A stretch of 64,000 nt of DNA, taken from assembly GCA_030603385.1 (NCBI GenBank), contig JAUVXW010000007.1, positions 32,001 to 96,000 of the forward strand. The letters run 5' to 3'. The position numbers and the translations under genes were made by a program. The notes below the pieces were generated by a model. The model searched no databases and was not told the origin of the DNA. It saw nothing but the letters and a program-made list of their open reading frames with translations. How positions within the stretch are numbered: the first letter of the stretch is position 1; each line of letters starts with the position of its first letter. Origin of the DNA: Promethearchaeota archaeon (lineage in GTDB: Archaea; Asgardarchaeota; Lokiarchaeia; Sigyniarchaeales; SOKP01). Shown here piece by piece: positions 9,839 to 19,935 of the stretch.

Positions 9839-11257
9839 TTAAATCTTTTTTAGATGAAAACTTCTTAACTCTTTTAGATAAACGGGATCTCCCTTTTTTA
9901 CTTCCATTTCATTAGTTTCTATTCCCACAATAACATTTCCTTTAGTACCAAACGTATTTAAAACTCTTGTAAAAGGATGTTCCAACTTTTTGTCAACAAT
10001 CTTTTTAGCACCTATAACACTTTGAGCTAATCCTGTACAAATTATACCTTGAGAATGTTCTGGGTTCTTAATAGTTCCCTTTTTAACTTTATATTTATAA
10101 AAAAGTGGAGGATCTTTATGAATTTTAAATATTTTTGCTGATCCTAAGATTCTAAGAGCTGTAGGGGGTAAATCTAATCGGCTTATAAGCATTATTGTTT
10201 TTTCTTTTCTTATTAAAACCTTTTCTTTCAATATCATTAACGCATTAAATCCATTTTCTTTATTCGAAACAGTAAATTGAATTCTTTTACGATCTTCCTC
10301 ATAATAAGGATAAATATTGCCTACAGTAGTCAACATACCGATCGTAATGTGAACTTGAGTTCCAAAATGAGTTTTTGGTTTGAAGAGTTTATTATTATTT
10401 ACATTTATTTCAATAACATCACAATATTCAAAAGCATCTGGGTTGTTTGTTGCATAACAACCACGATAGATTTTATTCACATCTACCCCTTTTACATTAA
10501 TTCCTATTCGATCACCTGCTTTCGCAGAATCAACATTTTGATGGAAAATTTGAATACTTTTAACGCGACCTGAAGATTTTATTGGTAAAATATCTAAGTT
10601 TTGATTTAATCTTAATTTGCCACTTAGTAATGTTCCTGTCAATACTGCTCCTATACCTTTGATTGGAAAATGATGATCTACAGGAATTATAACATCTCCT
10701 CCAGTATCCCTTTTTAATTCTATAGAATTTATTATGTCTAAAATTCCATGTTTTAATTCCTTAAAACCGGTATTAGTTTTTGCAGAAACGGGATATACTG
10801 GTATATTTGAACCATAAGATGTAGTTTTAAAAAAATTCCTTGTCTTTTCTATTTCATCATTAATATTTCCAGAAAATAGATCAATTTTATTAAGAATTAC
10901 AATTATTTTACTAATTCCAAGCGATTCAACCATAATAATATGCTCTCCAGTTTGCACTTGAGGACCTTTATTTATATCAATAACTATTAAAGCACAATCA
11001 ATGATTTCCACAGATGAGGCACTAATTTTAATTAGATCGGCATGTCCAGGACCATCCACGAGTGTAATAAGATAATCGTTAAGTATAAAACTAGTAAAAC
11101 CTATATCTATTGTAATCCCTCTTTCTTTACTTTGAGGATGAGCATCAATACCTGCTGTTGATATAATTTCACTAAGAACTTCTGCAATTGCCGTTTTCCC
11201 AGAATCTATATGACCAAATAATCCAATATGTACAGGAATTTTCTTAGTAATATCCAT
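9839..11257 (-). CDS. selB: Selenocysteine-specific elongation factor SelB
   Basis: GHIDSGKT, ERGITIDIGF, DGPGHADL, QTGEH and NKID motifs; 472 aa; close to tRNA-Sec and SepSecS. Confidence 0.93.
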   Translation of the reverse strand: MDITKKIPVHIGLFGHIDSGKTAIAEVLSEIISTAGIDAHPQSKERGITIDIGFTSFILNDYLITLVDGPGHADLIKISASSVEIIDCALIVIDINKGPQVQTGEHIIMVESLGISKIIVILNKIDLFSGNINDEIEKTRNFFKTTSYGSNIPVYPVSAKTNTGFKELKHGILDIINSIELKRDTGGDVIIPVDHHFPIKGIGAVLTGTLLSGKLRLNQNLDILPIKSSGRVKSIQIFHQNVDSAKAGDRIGINVKGVDVNKIYRGCYATNNPDAFEYCDVIEINVNNNKLFKPKTHFGTQVHITIGMLTTVGNIYPYYEEDRKRIQFTVSNKENGFNALMILKEKVLIRKEKTIMLISRLDLPPTALRILGSAKIFKIHKDPPLFYKYKVKKGTIKNPEHSQGIICTGLAQSVIGAKKIVDKKLEHPFTRVLNTFGTKGNVIVGIETNEMEVKKGDPVYLKELRSFHLKKI

Positions 11258-11439
11258 CTTTTCTAATTAAAGAAATGATGTAAGATATAAATTCCTTTTT
11301 TTTAATAAAACAACCTAATTTAGATTTGAGAATCCTAATAGAAAAGAGAATTAAATTTCAATAATTCTAAATTTCTTATAGCCTTTTTTAAACTATCCTT
11401 TAATTTTAAAAATAATCGTATAATAAAGATGAATGACTA

Positions 11440-12240
11440 ATGAATTATAGAGAAAATTTCATGGAATGGGAAGATCCAGGAATAGCATTAATTACAGGTG
11501 CTTCTGCCGGAATAGGTGCTGAATTCGCTCGTCAATTAGCTTCACAGGGTTTTGGTTTAATTTTGATCGCAAGAAGAAAAAATAAACTTGAAAAATTGAG
11601 TAAAGAATTACATGAAGAATATTCTGTTTTTGTTGAGGTATTTGTTGGAGATTTATCAAAGCTAGATGATAATCATAAAATTATTTCAAAAATCAAAGAA
11701 ATCGACAACCTTGATGTGCTTATAAACAATGCGGGCTATGGAATTAATAAAACTTTCCTACAAACAGATATAACGGGACATATTAATATGATTAATGTCC
11801 ATTTTACAAGCGCAGTAATGTTTTGTCACGCCGCTATTCCAGGTATGACGAAAAGAAATCGAGGAGTTATTATAAATACGTCATCTACTGCAGCGGTAAA
11901 TAAAAGTCAAATGGGTGTAATGTATACAAGTACTAAGACAGCGCTCACAGTTTTCAGTGAATTATTACAAGAAAAAATTAAAGACACCAATATATATATT
12001 CAAAGTCTGTGTCCAGGATTCACATATTCTGAGTTCCATGACACAGAATCAATGCGTGGTTTTCAACGAACTTGGTTTCCTAAAGAAGCATGGATGGCAG
12101 CCGAAGATGTAGTTCGTCTATCTTTAGAATCTGTAAAAAATAAAGAGGTAATATTCATTCCAGGAAAATATAACCAAAATAACACAAGAAAGATCCGTGA
12201 AGCTGCAATTGAGCAATATCTAAACGGAAAAAGGCTGTAA
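11440..12240 (+). CDS. Short-chain dehydrogenase/reductase
   Basis: TGASAGIG, NNAG, YxxxK (YTSTK). Confidence 0.93.
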   Translation: MNYRENFMEWEDPGIALITGASAGIGAEFARQLASQGFGLILIARRKNKLEKLSKELHEEYSVFVEVFVGDLSKLDDNHKIISKIKEIDNLDVLINNAGYGINKTFLQTDITGHINMINVHFTSAVMFCHAAIPGMTKRNRGVIINTSSTAAVNKSQMGVMYTSTKTALTVFSELLQEKIKDTNIYIQSLCPGFTYSEFHDTESMRGFQRTWFPKEAWMAAEDVVRLSLESVKNKEVIFIPGKYNQNNTRKIREAAIEQYLNGKRL

Positions 12241-12392
12241 GTATAAAATTTCAATAAACTCATTTAACATACTATAGAAGAATACAATATTTTTTTTAAT
12301 TTAAAAAGGTAAAGAATGTTTAAAAATCGGACTCGATTAATTTTATTTATTAATTTCATTTTAAGTAATATATAATATAATAATTATTTTAC

Positions 12393-13280
12393 GTGGAACA
12401 TATGCCTAAGTTTTGTCCATACTGTGGAAATCCAGTAAAAGGATCTGATAAATTTTGTATCATATGTGGGAAACCGCTTCTTGCTGATATCCCAAAAAGA
12501 GAAAAGAAGCCTGAAATCAAAGATACTAAGAAAGAAGAGGAAAAAGAGAAATCTGAAAAAAAACCAAAAGAAGAGGCACCAGTGGATAAAGAAGGAAATA
12601 AAGAAATATTAGAATTGGAAGAAAATGAAAAAAATGAAAAGAAATCAAAGAAATCTAAAGAGAAAAAAGATGTAAAACCTCTTCCCGAAGATGTAAAAGA
12701 ACAAATGGTATATTATATTGAATACAATGATATCCAATTAAATAAAAAGGTCTTAATAGATAAGCTAAATGTAATTTCGAAATTAACTAAAGACACTAGA
12801 TATGAATATGATTTCGCCTTCAAGAACGAAGTCAATATAAAACTTGAAGCAGTTAAAACACTAATAAACGAAATGAAACAAAAAGAAACCGTTGTTAAAC
12901 AAAATTTAGAAGAACCTTTTATTGTTCAACGAATTAATAATGATATCGATACAAAAGTGTTATACCTCGAGAACTTAAGCCGTGAACATAAATTACATAA
13001 AGTGGATAAAGAAACCTTTGAGAAATTAAGGGAAAAATACAAACGAGAAAAATTTGATTTGGAGACACAAAGAGAAGATTTAACTGTAGGTATGAAATTA
13101 TGGATTCAAGATTTAAAACTAGAAAAAGCAGAGTTATCTAGTGAGCGCAAACTTAACAAAGGTCAATTCCGCGCAAAAGAGATTTCAGAAGAGCAATATC
13201 AAGGAAACGATAAAGGTTTTGATTTGAGGTTAAAAAAAATTGACACTAAAATCAAAACATTAGAAGAATTGACAAAGTAA
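12393..13280 (+). CDS. Zinc-ribbon plus coiled-coil protein, CdvA-like C-terminus
   Basis: CPYCG/CIICG double ribbon, charged linker, coiled coil ending KEISEEQY. Confidence 0.6.
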   Translation: MEHMPKFCPYCGNPVKGSDKFCIICGKPLLADIPKREKKPEIKDTKKEEEKEKSEKKPKEEAPVDKEGNKEILELEENEKNEKKSKKSKEKKDVKPLPEDVKEQMVYYIEYNDIQLNKKVLIDKLNVISKLTKDTRYEYDFAFKNEVNIKLEAVKTLINEMKQKETVVKQNLEEPFIVQRINNDIDTKVLYLENLSREHKLHKVDKETFEKLREKYKREKFDLETQREDLTVGMKLWIQDLKLEKAELSSERKLNKGQFRAKEISEEQYQGNDKGFDLRLKKIDTKIKTLEELTK

Positions 13281-13330
13281 AGTTTTAGTAAAACTATTTT
13301 TATTAGGTAATATTTTTAAATTCGATAAAC

Positions 13331-13456
13331 ATGAGAAACAAGATAATTGGTATTATTATTCTAATCATAGCACTTTCTTTATTAACAATAGGGATAGCGC
13401 AAGGACAAAATAATTTGATAAATATTTTTTATGATGAAATGGCAGGAATTCCTTAA
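13331..13456 (+). CDS. Small 41-aa membrane peptide (not in ORF track)
   Basis: ATG..TAA encoding MRNKIIGIIILIIALSLLTIGIAQGQNNLINIFYDEMAGIP; its stop overlaps that of the convergent gene. Confidence 0.5.
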   Translation: MRNKIIGIIILIIALSLLTIGIAQGQNNLINIFYDEMAGIP

Positions 13457-13752
13457 ATCTCCCACTTTCCTTTTTTAAGAGAAGCTGAATTATCTAGAAA
13501 ACCTTTCTTCTGGAAACTCTTTTCTTGCATTTTTCGAAATTTATTAGATTGACTATAGTGTGGTTTACACAAATAAATTTTCCGACTGGAACTATCTTTA
13601 AGTTTTAACCCTGCTTTTTCCACATATTTCTTCCATGCATTCTCTGAGAGAGAACGAATCGCATTCTCATTACAGTCTTTTACTGAACATTTTCTTTTTT
13701 TAGCCGTTCTTCCTATATCTCCTTTATCTCTAAGTTCCTTGGGAATTTTCAT
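13453..13752 (-). CDS. Small basic Zn-finger protein
   Basis: CSVKDC...YLCKPHY; ATG 13752 preferred over TTG 13803. Confidence 0.7.
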   Translation of the reverse strand: MKIPKELRDKGDIGRTAKKRKCSVKDCNENAIRSLSENAWKKYVEKAGLKLKDSSSRKIYLCKPHYSQSNKFRKMQEKSFQKKGFLDNSASLKKGKWEI

Positions 13753-13836
13753 GATTTTACACTTGCTAAAAACTTTTTTAGGAATAAATATTATGATTTT
13801 CAAATAATTTTAAATTTTTGCTATATATCGAAAAAC

Positions 13837-14505
13837 TTGAATTTCAACGAAAATTTAATAAGGAAGAAAATATATCCCTGCGATTCTCATTCAAGGACTT
13901 CTCTTAATGATAGTTTCTTTACAAAAGCAGCAGTTCTTTTCTCAATAATCCCCCACGTAAATAAACCTTATGAGCTTATTTTAATTCACCGTTCAAATAT
14001 GGGTACAAGACATAGGGGTGAAATGTCTTTTCCCGGAGGGAAATTTGAACCTGAAGTGGACAAATCTTTAAAAGATACAGCTTTGAGAGAAACTGAGGAG
14101 GAAATAGGTGTACCTAGGAGTAATGTTAGAATTATAGGGTGTTTAGATGATTTTCCTACTATTTCGAAATTTATTGTTACCCCATTTCTCGGACTTATAA
14201 GTAACAACCAAAAACTCAAAAGAGATGAGAGAGAAGTTCAAAAAATCTTGAAAGTCCCGATTGATTTTTTTATAAACAAAATTAACTTCACGGAACAAGA
14301 GTTTAGTGTAGCTGATGAAAAATTCCCTGTTTTTTATTTTAACTATTTTAACGAAGAAAATGGGCAAACTTATACTATCTGGGGTGCTACTGCCTTTTTA
14401 ATCACACATTTCCTTGAGCTAGTCTACAATGTTCAAATCGGGTCAAGAAAAGCAAGGAGACCCACGTTGGATGATATAATAAGAAGGCATCAATATTTAA
14501 AATAA
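13837..14505 (+). CDS. Nudix CoA pyrophosphatase
   Basis: HRGEMSFPGG, Nudix box ALRETEEEIG, IWGATA. Confidence 0.9.
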   Translation: MNFNENLIRKKIYPCDSHSRTSLNDSFFTKAAVLFSIIPHVNKPYELILIHRSNMGTRHRGEMSFPGGKFEPEVDKSLKDTALRETEEEIGVPRSNVRIIGCLDDFPTISKFIVTPFLGLISNNQKLKRDEREVQKILKVPIDFFINKINFTEQEFSVADEKFPVFYFNYFNEENGQTYTIWGATAFLITHFLELVYNVQIGSRKARRPTLDDIIRRHQYLK

Positions 14506-14598
14506 TAATTTTTTGTATATTTTAATCTAGCACTCTTGATTCTTAGAGTGAGAAGAGCTACTATTGATGATCTAAAAGATAAAAATGTGAAATAATTT

Positions 14599-14751
14599 TT
14601 ATTTTATTTTATCTAATTTAGTAATGTATTCTGAACAGTTTTTACATTCTGGAATTTTACATAAGAAATTAATTTTTGGAAGAGAACAAGCTGAATGAAA
14701 GGGACATTCAAGTAAATTTAAAGCGATTGTGAGATCTACATCACTACTCAT
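14599..14751 (-). CDS. Small 50-aa Cys-rich protein (not in ORF track)
   Basis: MSSDVDLTIALNLLECPFHSACSLPKINFLCKIPECKNCSEYITKLDKIK; five Cys in an intergenic gap. Confidence 0.5.
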   Translation of the reverse strand: MSSDVDLTIALNLLECPFHSACSLPKINFLCKIPECKNCSEYITKLDKIK

Positions 14752-14989
14752 ATTATTTTCCCATATTATTTGTTTTTTTTAAGAAAATAGCAGTTATTTA
14801 TTTATAAAGAGAAAAACAGTTCAAATTTAGTAAATCATTATTTTAATTAGATCTACTTAAAAAAGAATATATTATAAGACAATATAATATCTAAATAATA
14901 ATTTTTTCTGATAGAAATAAAGAATAAACTTCAATTAGAATTGTATATTTTTTGCATTAATTATATTAAAAACAATAATAGAGATTAAT

Positions 14990-16207
14990 ATGAAGTATAG
15001 AAAAATGGGTTCACTTGATTGGGAAGTCTCTGCTCTTGGTTTTGGGGCGATGCGATTACCGGTATATAATCCATTAAAAGTAAATGAAGAAGAAGCAATC
15101 AAGATGATTCGATATGCAATTGACAATGGTGTGAATTATGTTGACACAGCTTATCCTTACCATAATGGTCAAAGTGAAGTTGTTGTGGGAAAAGCTTTGA
15201 AGGATGGATATCGTGAAAAAGTCCATCTGGCTACTAAATCACCCCTCTGGATGGTAAAAAAAGCAGAAGATTTTGATAAATTTCTCAATGAACAAATTGA
15301 ACGATTACAAACTAATCCTGATATTTATCTCTTTCATGGATTAAATAGAAGTAGGCTTGAGAAGATTAAAAACCTGAATTTAATCGAAAAAATAGAAGAG
15401 GCTAAAGCTAAAGGATTAATCAAATACATCGGCTTTTCTTTTCATGATAATTATGAAGTGTTTAAAGAAATTATTGACTATTATAATTGGGATTGCTGTC
15501 AGATCCAATATAACTACCTTGATGTTGAATATCAAGCTGGTACAAAGGGAGTGCAATACGCTGGTAGTAAGGGTATTGCTTTAATAATTATGGAACCAAT
15601 TCGTGGAGGAAAGCTAGCCATTCCTGACAATGTTTTGGATAGAAAACCTGAAATAAAAGAAGTGCTTGATAAATCAGAAGTGAAAAGAAGTATGCCTGAC
15701 TGGGCCTTACAATTTGTATGGAACCATCCAGAAGTTTCAGTGGTATTAAGTGGGATGAGTTCTATGCAACAAGTTGTAGAGAATGTTGAATCCGCCAGCA
15801 AATCAGTAATTAATACCCTCACTAAAGAAGAATTGCAAACGATTTCTGAATTACGTGAAGCATATAGTAAATATATTATGGTTCCTTGTACGAGTTGCGG
15901 TTATTGCTTACCATGCCCAAATGGTGTCGCTATACCTGGAGTTCTTAGAATGATAAATGATCTCTACTATTGGGGTGACCGTGGTAGACCCAGAATTGCT
16001 TTTTTCTATAATAGGATGGCAAAATCAGAGGAAGATTTTGAAAAAAGGAAAGCTGCTGGCGAAGAAGTTGAAGGAGCAGCTACATTATGCATACAATGTG
16101 GAGATTGTCTTGATAAATGCCCTCAACAGATTGATATTCCCTCCTGTATGGAACAGGCTAATGCATTATTTGAAGAAAATAAAAGAGTTTCAGAAGTATT
16201 TAAATAA
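14990..16207 (+). CDS. Aldo/keto reductase with C-terminal Fe-S domain
   Basis: LGFGAMRLP, DTAYPY, CTSCGYCLPCP, CIQCGDCLDKCP. Confidence 0.93.
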   Translation: MKYRKMGSLDWEVSALGFGAMRLPVYNPLKVNEEEAIKMIRYAIDNGVNYVDTAYPYHNGQSEVVVGKALKDGYREKVHLATKSPLWMVKKAEDFDKFLNEQIERLQTNPDIYLFHGLNRSRLEKIKNLNLIEKIEEAKAKGLIKYIGFSFHDNYEVFKEIIDYYNWDCCQIQYNYLDVEYQAGTKGVQYAGSKGIALIIMEPIRGGKLAIPDNVLDRKPEIKEVLDKSEVKRSMPDWALQFVWNHPEVSVVLSGMSSMQQVVENVESASKSVINTLTKEELQTISELREAYSKYIMVPCTSCGYCLPCPNGVAIPGVLRMINDLYYWGDRGRPRIAFFYNRMAKSEEDFEKRKAAGEEVEGAATLCIQCGDCLDKCPQQIDIPSCMEQANALFEENKRVSEVFK

Positions 16208-16215
16208 AAAATTTT

Positions 16216-16308
16216 GGCCCTTGACGGTTAGAGTGGTCTCTGACACTGGGCTTCAAACCCAGTTATCCTGCGGAGGGATAGGGGTTCGATTCCCCTCGAG
16301 GGCCGCCA
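16216..16308 (+). tRNA. selC: tRNA-Sec (UCA)
   Basis: 9-bp acceptor GGCCCTTGA/TCGAGGGCC, 7-bp D stem, ACTGGG-CT TCA AA-CCCAGT, long variable arm, 4-bp T stem, G73 and encoded CCA. Confidence 0.97.
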
Positions 16309-16326
16309 ATGGATAAGTGATATAGC

Positions 16327-17694
16327 ATGGTTGATTTTAATAAGATAAGTGAGTTTTTTCAAAATTCCTCTATTCCTCAAAATATGCTAGATAGAGGGCA
16401 AATAGTACTTAATAATTTCATGAAACCAATAAAAACTTTGTTTGAACAAAAGAGTGTTCCAAAAGAACCTTGGAGCGATGAGCAAATTGAATTTCTCCTT
16501 CGGACTCTTTCGAATATGGATACTGATAAAGATAGCAATGCAGCAAGAGTAGGAGAAAGAGAGGCAAGAATAGCATCAAAATTACATCTACAAACTTCTG
16601 CAGGATTTTGTCATGGAGTCGGAAGAAGTGGATTTCTAACGGCCCCGCAACCTAAAGCACCTGGAGGATCAATAATGTATGAAATCTCTAATTATTTAGC
16701 GAGAGATATATTAAGGAGTTATGGACTACCAAATATAAAAGAAGCAATTGTAGTTCCATTATGTACAGGGATGTCTTTATCCTTAACATTAGGTGCTTTA
16801 CGGCCAGATGGGGATAAAAAATATTCAAGTAGGAAGAAAACTGTATTAATTCCTCAAGTTGACCACAAATCATTGTTAAAATCGATAGAATTAATGGGAC
16901 TTAAAACTAAAATTATAAAAGGTAAAATTTTTGGAGATGCAGTAAGGATCCCAACTGAGGATATAGAAACTAATATTGATAATGATTGTTATGCAATAAT
17001 CTCAATTACGAGTTTTTTTCCGCCTCGTGAACCTGATAACATAAAGGAAATTAGTAAATTAGCACAGGAAAAAGATCTTGTCCATATTATTATCAATGCC
17101 TATGGTGTTCAGAGCCCGGAATGGATGAAATTAATTCGTTCAGCAATAGATGCCGGGAGAGTTGATGCGATAATTCAATCAACTGATAAAAATTTTCTCA
17201 CACCTGTTGGAGGGTCCCTGATTGCATCTCCCACTAAAGAAAATATAATTAAAATCAGCCAGACTTATGCTGGACGGGCATCAGCTACTCCAGTTGTTAA
17301 TTTTTTAATATCTATGCTCTCTTTAGGAATTAATGGTTATCAAAAATTGATTGAAGAACAACAGCAAAATAGAAAATTACTTGAAGAAAAATTATCAATT
17401 GTAGCAAAGAATTTGAACGAGAGAATATTAGAAATTTATAATCCTGTAGCCGTGGCTTTATCTCTTGAAAATTTAAAAGAAGAACATTTATTTGCAATTG
17501 GTGGAGCATTATATAATCTAAGAGTTACTGGTCCTCGAGTGTATAATCCTAAAGAAAGTGCATTTGGCACATGTTGCGAAAATTATCCAACCCCCTATAT
17601 TGTCATGAATGCAGCAATAGGCTCAAAAAAAGAAGATATTGTCTCTGCTGTTGAAAGGTTTGAGAAAGCTTATAAGCAAATAACTCTGAAGTAA
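16327..17694 (+). CDS. spcS: O-phosphoseryl-tRNA(Sec) selenium transferase SepSecS
   Basis: MDTDKD, VGEREAR, HGVGRSG, QPKAPG, STDKNFLTPVGG, YAGRAS. Confidence 0.96.
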   Translation: MVDFNKISEFFQNSSIPQNMLDRGQIVLNNFMKPIKTLFEQKSVPKEPWSDEQIEFLLRTLSNMDTDKDSNAARVGEREARIASKLHLQTSAGFCHGVGRSGFLTAPQPKAPGGSIMYEISNYLARDILRSYGLPNIKEAIVVPLCTGMSLSLTLGALRPDGDKKYSSRKKTVLIPQVDHKSLLKSIELMGLKTKIIKGKIFGDAVRIPTEDIETNIDNDCYAIISITSFFPPREPDNIKEISKLAQEKDLVHIIINAYGVQSPEWMKLIRSAIDAGRVDAIIQSTDKNFLTPVGGSLIASPTKENIIKISQTYAGRASATPVVNFLISMLSLGINGYQKLIEEQQQNRKLLEEKLSIVAKNLNERILEIYNPVAVALSLENLKEEHLFAIGGALYNLRVTGPRVYNPKESAFGTCCENYPTPYIVMNAAIGSKKEDIVSAVERFEKAYKQITLK

Positions 17695-17815
17695 AAATCC
17701 TCTACAAATTTAAAATTTCTACTTAATTAGAAATAAAAATAATTAAAAACTAGAAGCACTATATTTTAATAAAATTTAATCTAACTTTATTTATACAAAA
17801 ATATGGCAGATTGTT

Positions 17816-18496
17816 ATGGAAAACCGACTTTTATCTCAATTTAACGGTGTTATTACTTCGCAGTGGCTTTCCAAACAAATAGAAGAACCCTATGATTCCT
17901 TAATACATAGAGAGTTGTTTGAAATAGCCTATCATACCTGTAATTCCGTGGTTATGAGAAATATTTATATTAAATTATCTTCTAGTGAAGATCAAGCAGG
18001 CTCTAAAGCTGTTTTCTATTCAAATACTAAAAAATTTACATCTATAGAAGCTTTAGAAGATGGTTTAAAAATTACAAAATATTTCGGTCCAGAAGGTACA
18101 GGAGATAAAGTGGTAACGGAAATTCAACCAGCTCTTAAAAGAAGAAAAGAGATATTTATGTTAAAAGATCAAAATTTGAAAGCTCAGATCTTAAAAAGCA
18201 TTCTAGTCGAAAGAAAACTTGATGAATGTGCTAATTTGGTAATGCTAAAAGGTAATAATCGAAGAATATATTTTGCCATTGGCGATGCTAGAGAATCTGC
18301 TGCTGTTATTCCGATCTTCATGGAAGCTGAAGGGGCGAGTCTCGTACAACTAGCCTTAAATAAATGGATGGAGACAGCTCAGAGATTAAACCACGAACAA
18401 AACTTTCCCGAGAATCTTATATCTGGTTTTATTAGAAATCTTACCCAAATAAAAAGATGGCTTCTTGATTTAATTAGTGTTAATCTAGATAAGTAA
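17816..18496 (+). CDS. Hypothetical protein
   Basis: 226-aa ORF with no recognised motif. Confidence 0.7.
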   Translation: MENRLLSQFNGVITSQWLSKQIEEPYDSLIHRELFEIAYHTCNSVVMRNIYIKLSSSEDQAGSKAVFYSNTKKFTSIEALEDGLKITKYFGPEGTGDKVVTEIQPALKRRKEIFMLKDQNLKAQILKSILVERKLDECANLVMLKGNNRRIYFAIGDARESAAVIPIFMEAEGASLVQLALNKWMETAQRLNHEQNFPENLISGFIRNLTQIKRWLLDLISVNLDK

Positions 18497-18636
18497 ATTA
18501 TCTTTTCAATTTTTTTAATACTATATTTTAGAAATCTTAAAATAATATCTCAATACATATAGAGATAATACTCTGAGATATATAAAAAAACGTGAAATTG
18601 ATGTTTCACGAAGAATCTATTTATAATAAAGTAAAA

Positions 18637-18822
18637 TGGGCCATCGGGGATTTGAACCCCGGATCTCAGGTTTTTACTTTTTATAGACACTTTGCTAATA
18701 AATTTTTGTATGTCTATAGGTCATTTATAAGACCTGCGCTTGTTGGCCAAGCGTACTCAAAAACCTTGATAACCAATTTAGAAATGGGAATAATTTTCCA
18801 ATTTTGGCTAAGCAAATGGCCC
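18637..18822 (-). ncRNA. tRNA-like RNA (multi-intron tRNA, pseudo-tRNA or tRNA-mimic ncRNA)
   Basis: Acceptor GGGCCAT/ATGGCCC+A and T-arm CGGGG-TTCAAAT-CCCCG, with about 110 extra structured nt; anticodon unresolved. Confidence 0.7.
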
Positions 18823-18998
18823 TTTGTTATCACTGTTTATGGCACTTTTTTATAATAGTTAATAAAAAAATACCATATAAACTCAAAAAGTACAAAAAGA
18901 TAAAAATTTTTTTATTGATGTAATCTGTTATATTTATAATTGAAGTAACAAAAAGAGTCTTTTATAAATTGCCAAAAAAAAGAAAAAGTTGATTATCT

Positions 18999-19412
18999 AT
19001 GGCTGAAATGTTAACGGATCTTTTACAAAACATCTATAAGAGGATTGCACAGCTAGGAAAAGCAATACAGGACCTAAAAATCTCATTAGATGGCCTTAAT
19101 ACAAATATTGAAGAGAAAATTTCAAATTTAACAGAGAAATTGGAAGAATTTTCTAATGAAATTAATGTTACTCAGACTAAACATATTGATGCAGTAAAGG
19201 AAATTGGAGGAGAAACAACGAAAGAATTAAAAATAATACAAGAAGGCTTAGGATTGGATGCGCTTCAAAATTTAATTAAAAAACTTGAAGATTTTTCTAA
19301 TCTTTCTGAGGGAATACTTAATCAAGAGACAGTGAACCTATTATTATCGGAAGCTATCGATTCCGTAAAAGTTCTAAAAGAATCTCTTAAAGAAGAAGAG
19401 GTAATAGAATAA
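18999..19412 (+). CDS. Coiled-coil protein
   Basis: Heptad-rich helical sequence. Confidence 0.75.
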   Translation: MAEMLTDLLQNIYKRIAQLGKAIQDLKISLDGLNTNIEEKISNLTEKLEEFSNEINVTQTKHIDAVKEIGGETTKELKIIQEGLGLDALQNLIKKLEDFSNLSEGILNQETVNLLLSEAIDSVKVLKESLKEEEVIE

Positions 19413-19447
19413 AAAATTTTTAAATAAAATATGTAGGTGAGATAAAA

Positions 19448-19870
19448 TTGGCAGAACAATTATTAGAAGAGATGATTCAAAAAATTAATCAGATTATGAA
19501 CTCGTTAGATGGAACAATCGCTCAAATCAACCAAATGAGTGGTGCAATTACCCAAATGAGTCAGAGCTTCGCTGAACAAACAGTTGCGATGACTGAAAAT
19601 ATTAGACTAATTGTAGAGGTTTTAAAACAATTCAGAATTCAATCGAGTAATAGTTTAAAAGAATTGGCTGAAGATTTTAATAATAAAGTAAAAGAACTTT
19701 GGGATAAAAAATCGATTGAAGCAATTACAGAGGAAGAAAAGAAAGCTATTGATACAATAAAACAGGCATCAAAAGCAGTTGCAGATAATCTTTATTTTGC
19801 TCAATTATTGAATATTATCCAAAGTATTCGAGAAGAAACCAATAGGATAATTAGTACTAGTCAATCCTAA
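19448..19870 (+). CDS. Coiled-coil protein, possible paralog of the upstream gene
   Basis: Similar length and MAE.L..L.Q.I start; AGGTGAG SD-like motif before the TTG. Confidence 0.75.
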   Translation: MAEQLLEEMIQKINQIMNSLDGTIAQINQMSGAITQMSQSFAEQTVAMTENIRLIVEVLKQFRIQSSNSLKELAEDFNNKVKELWDKKSIEAITEEEKKAIDTIKQASKAVADNLYFAQLLNIIQSIREETNRIISTSQS

Positions 19871-19935
19871 ACTATAAGAATTTAATTATAATAACTTGTT
19901 TTATATTTAAATAATTAAGAGGTGCATAATTTAAG

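Noticed and set aside
15957-16316. 119-aa ORF
   Set aside because: Shadow frame overlapping the aldo-keto reductase and tRNA-Sec.
18592-18855. 87-aa ORF
   Set aside because: Antisense to the tRNA-like RNA; no protein features.
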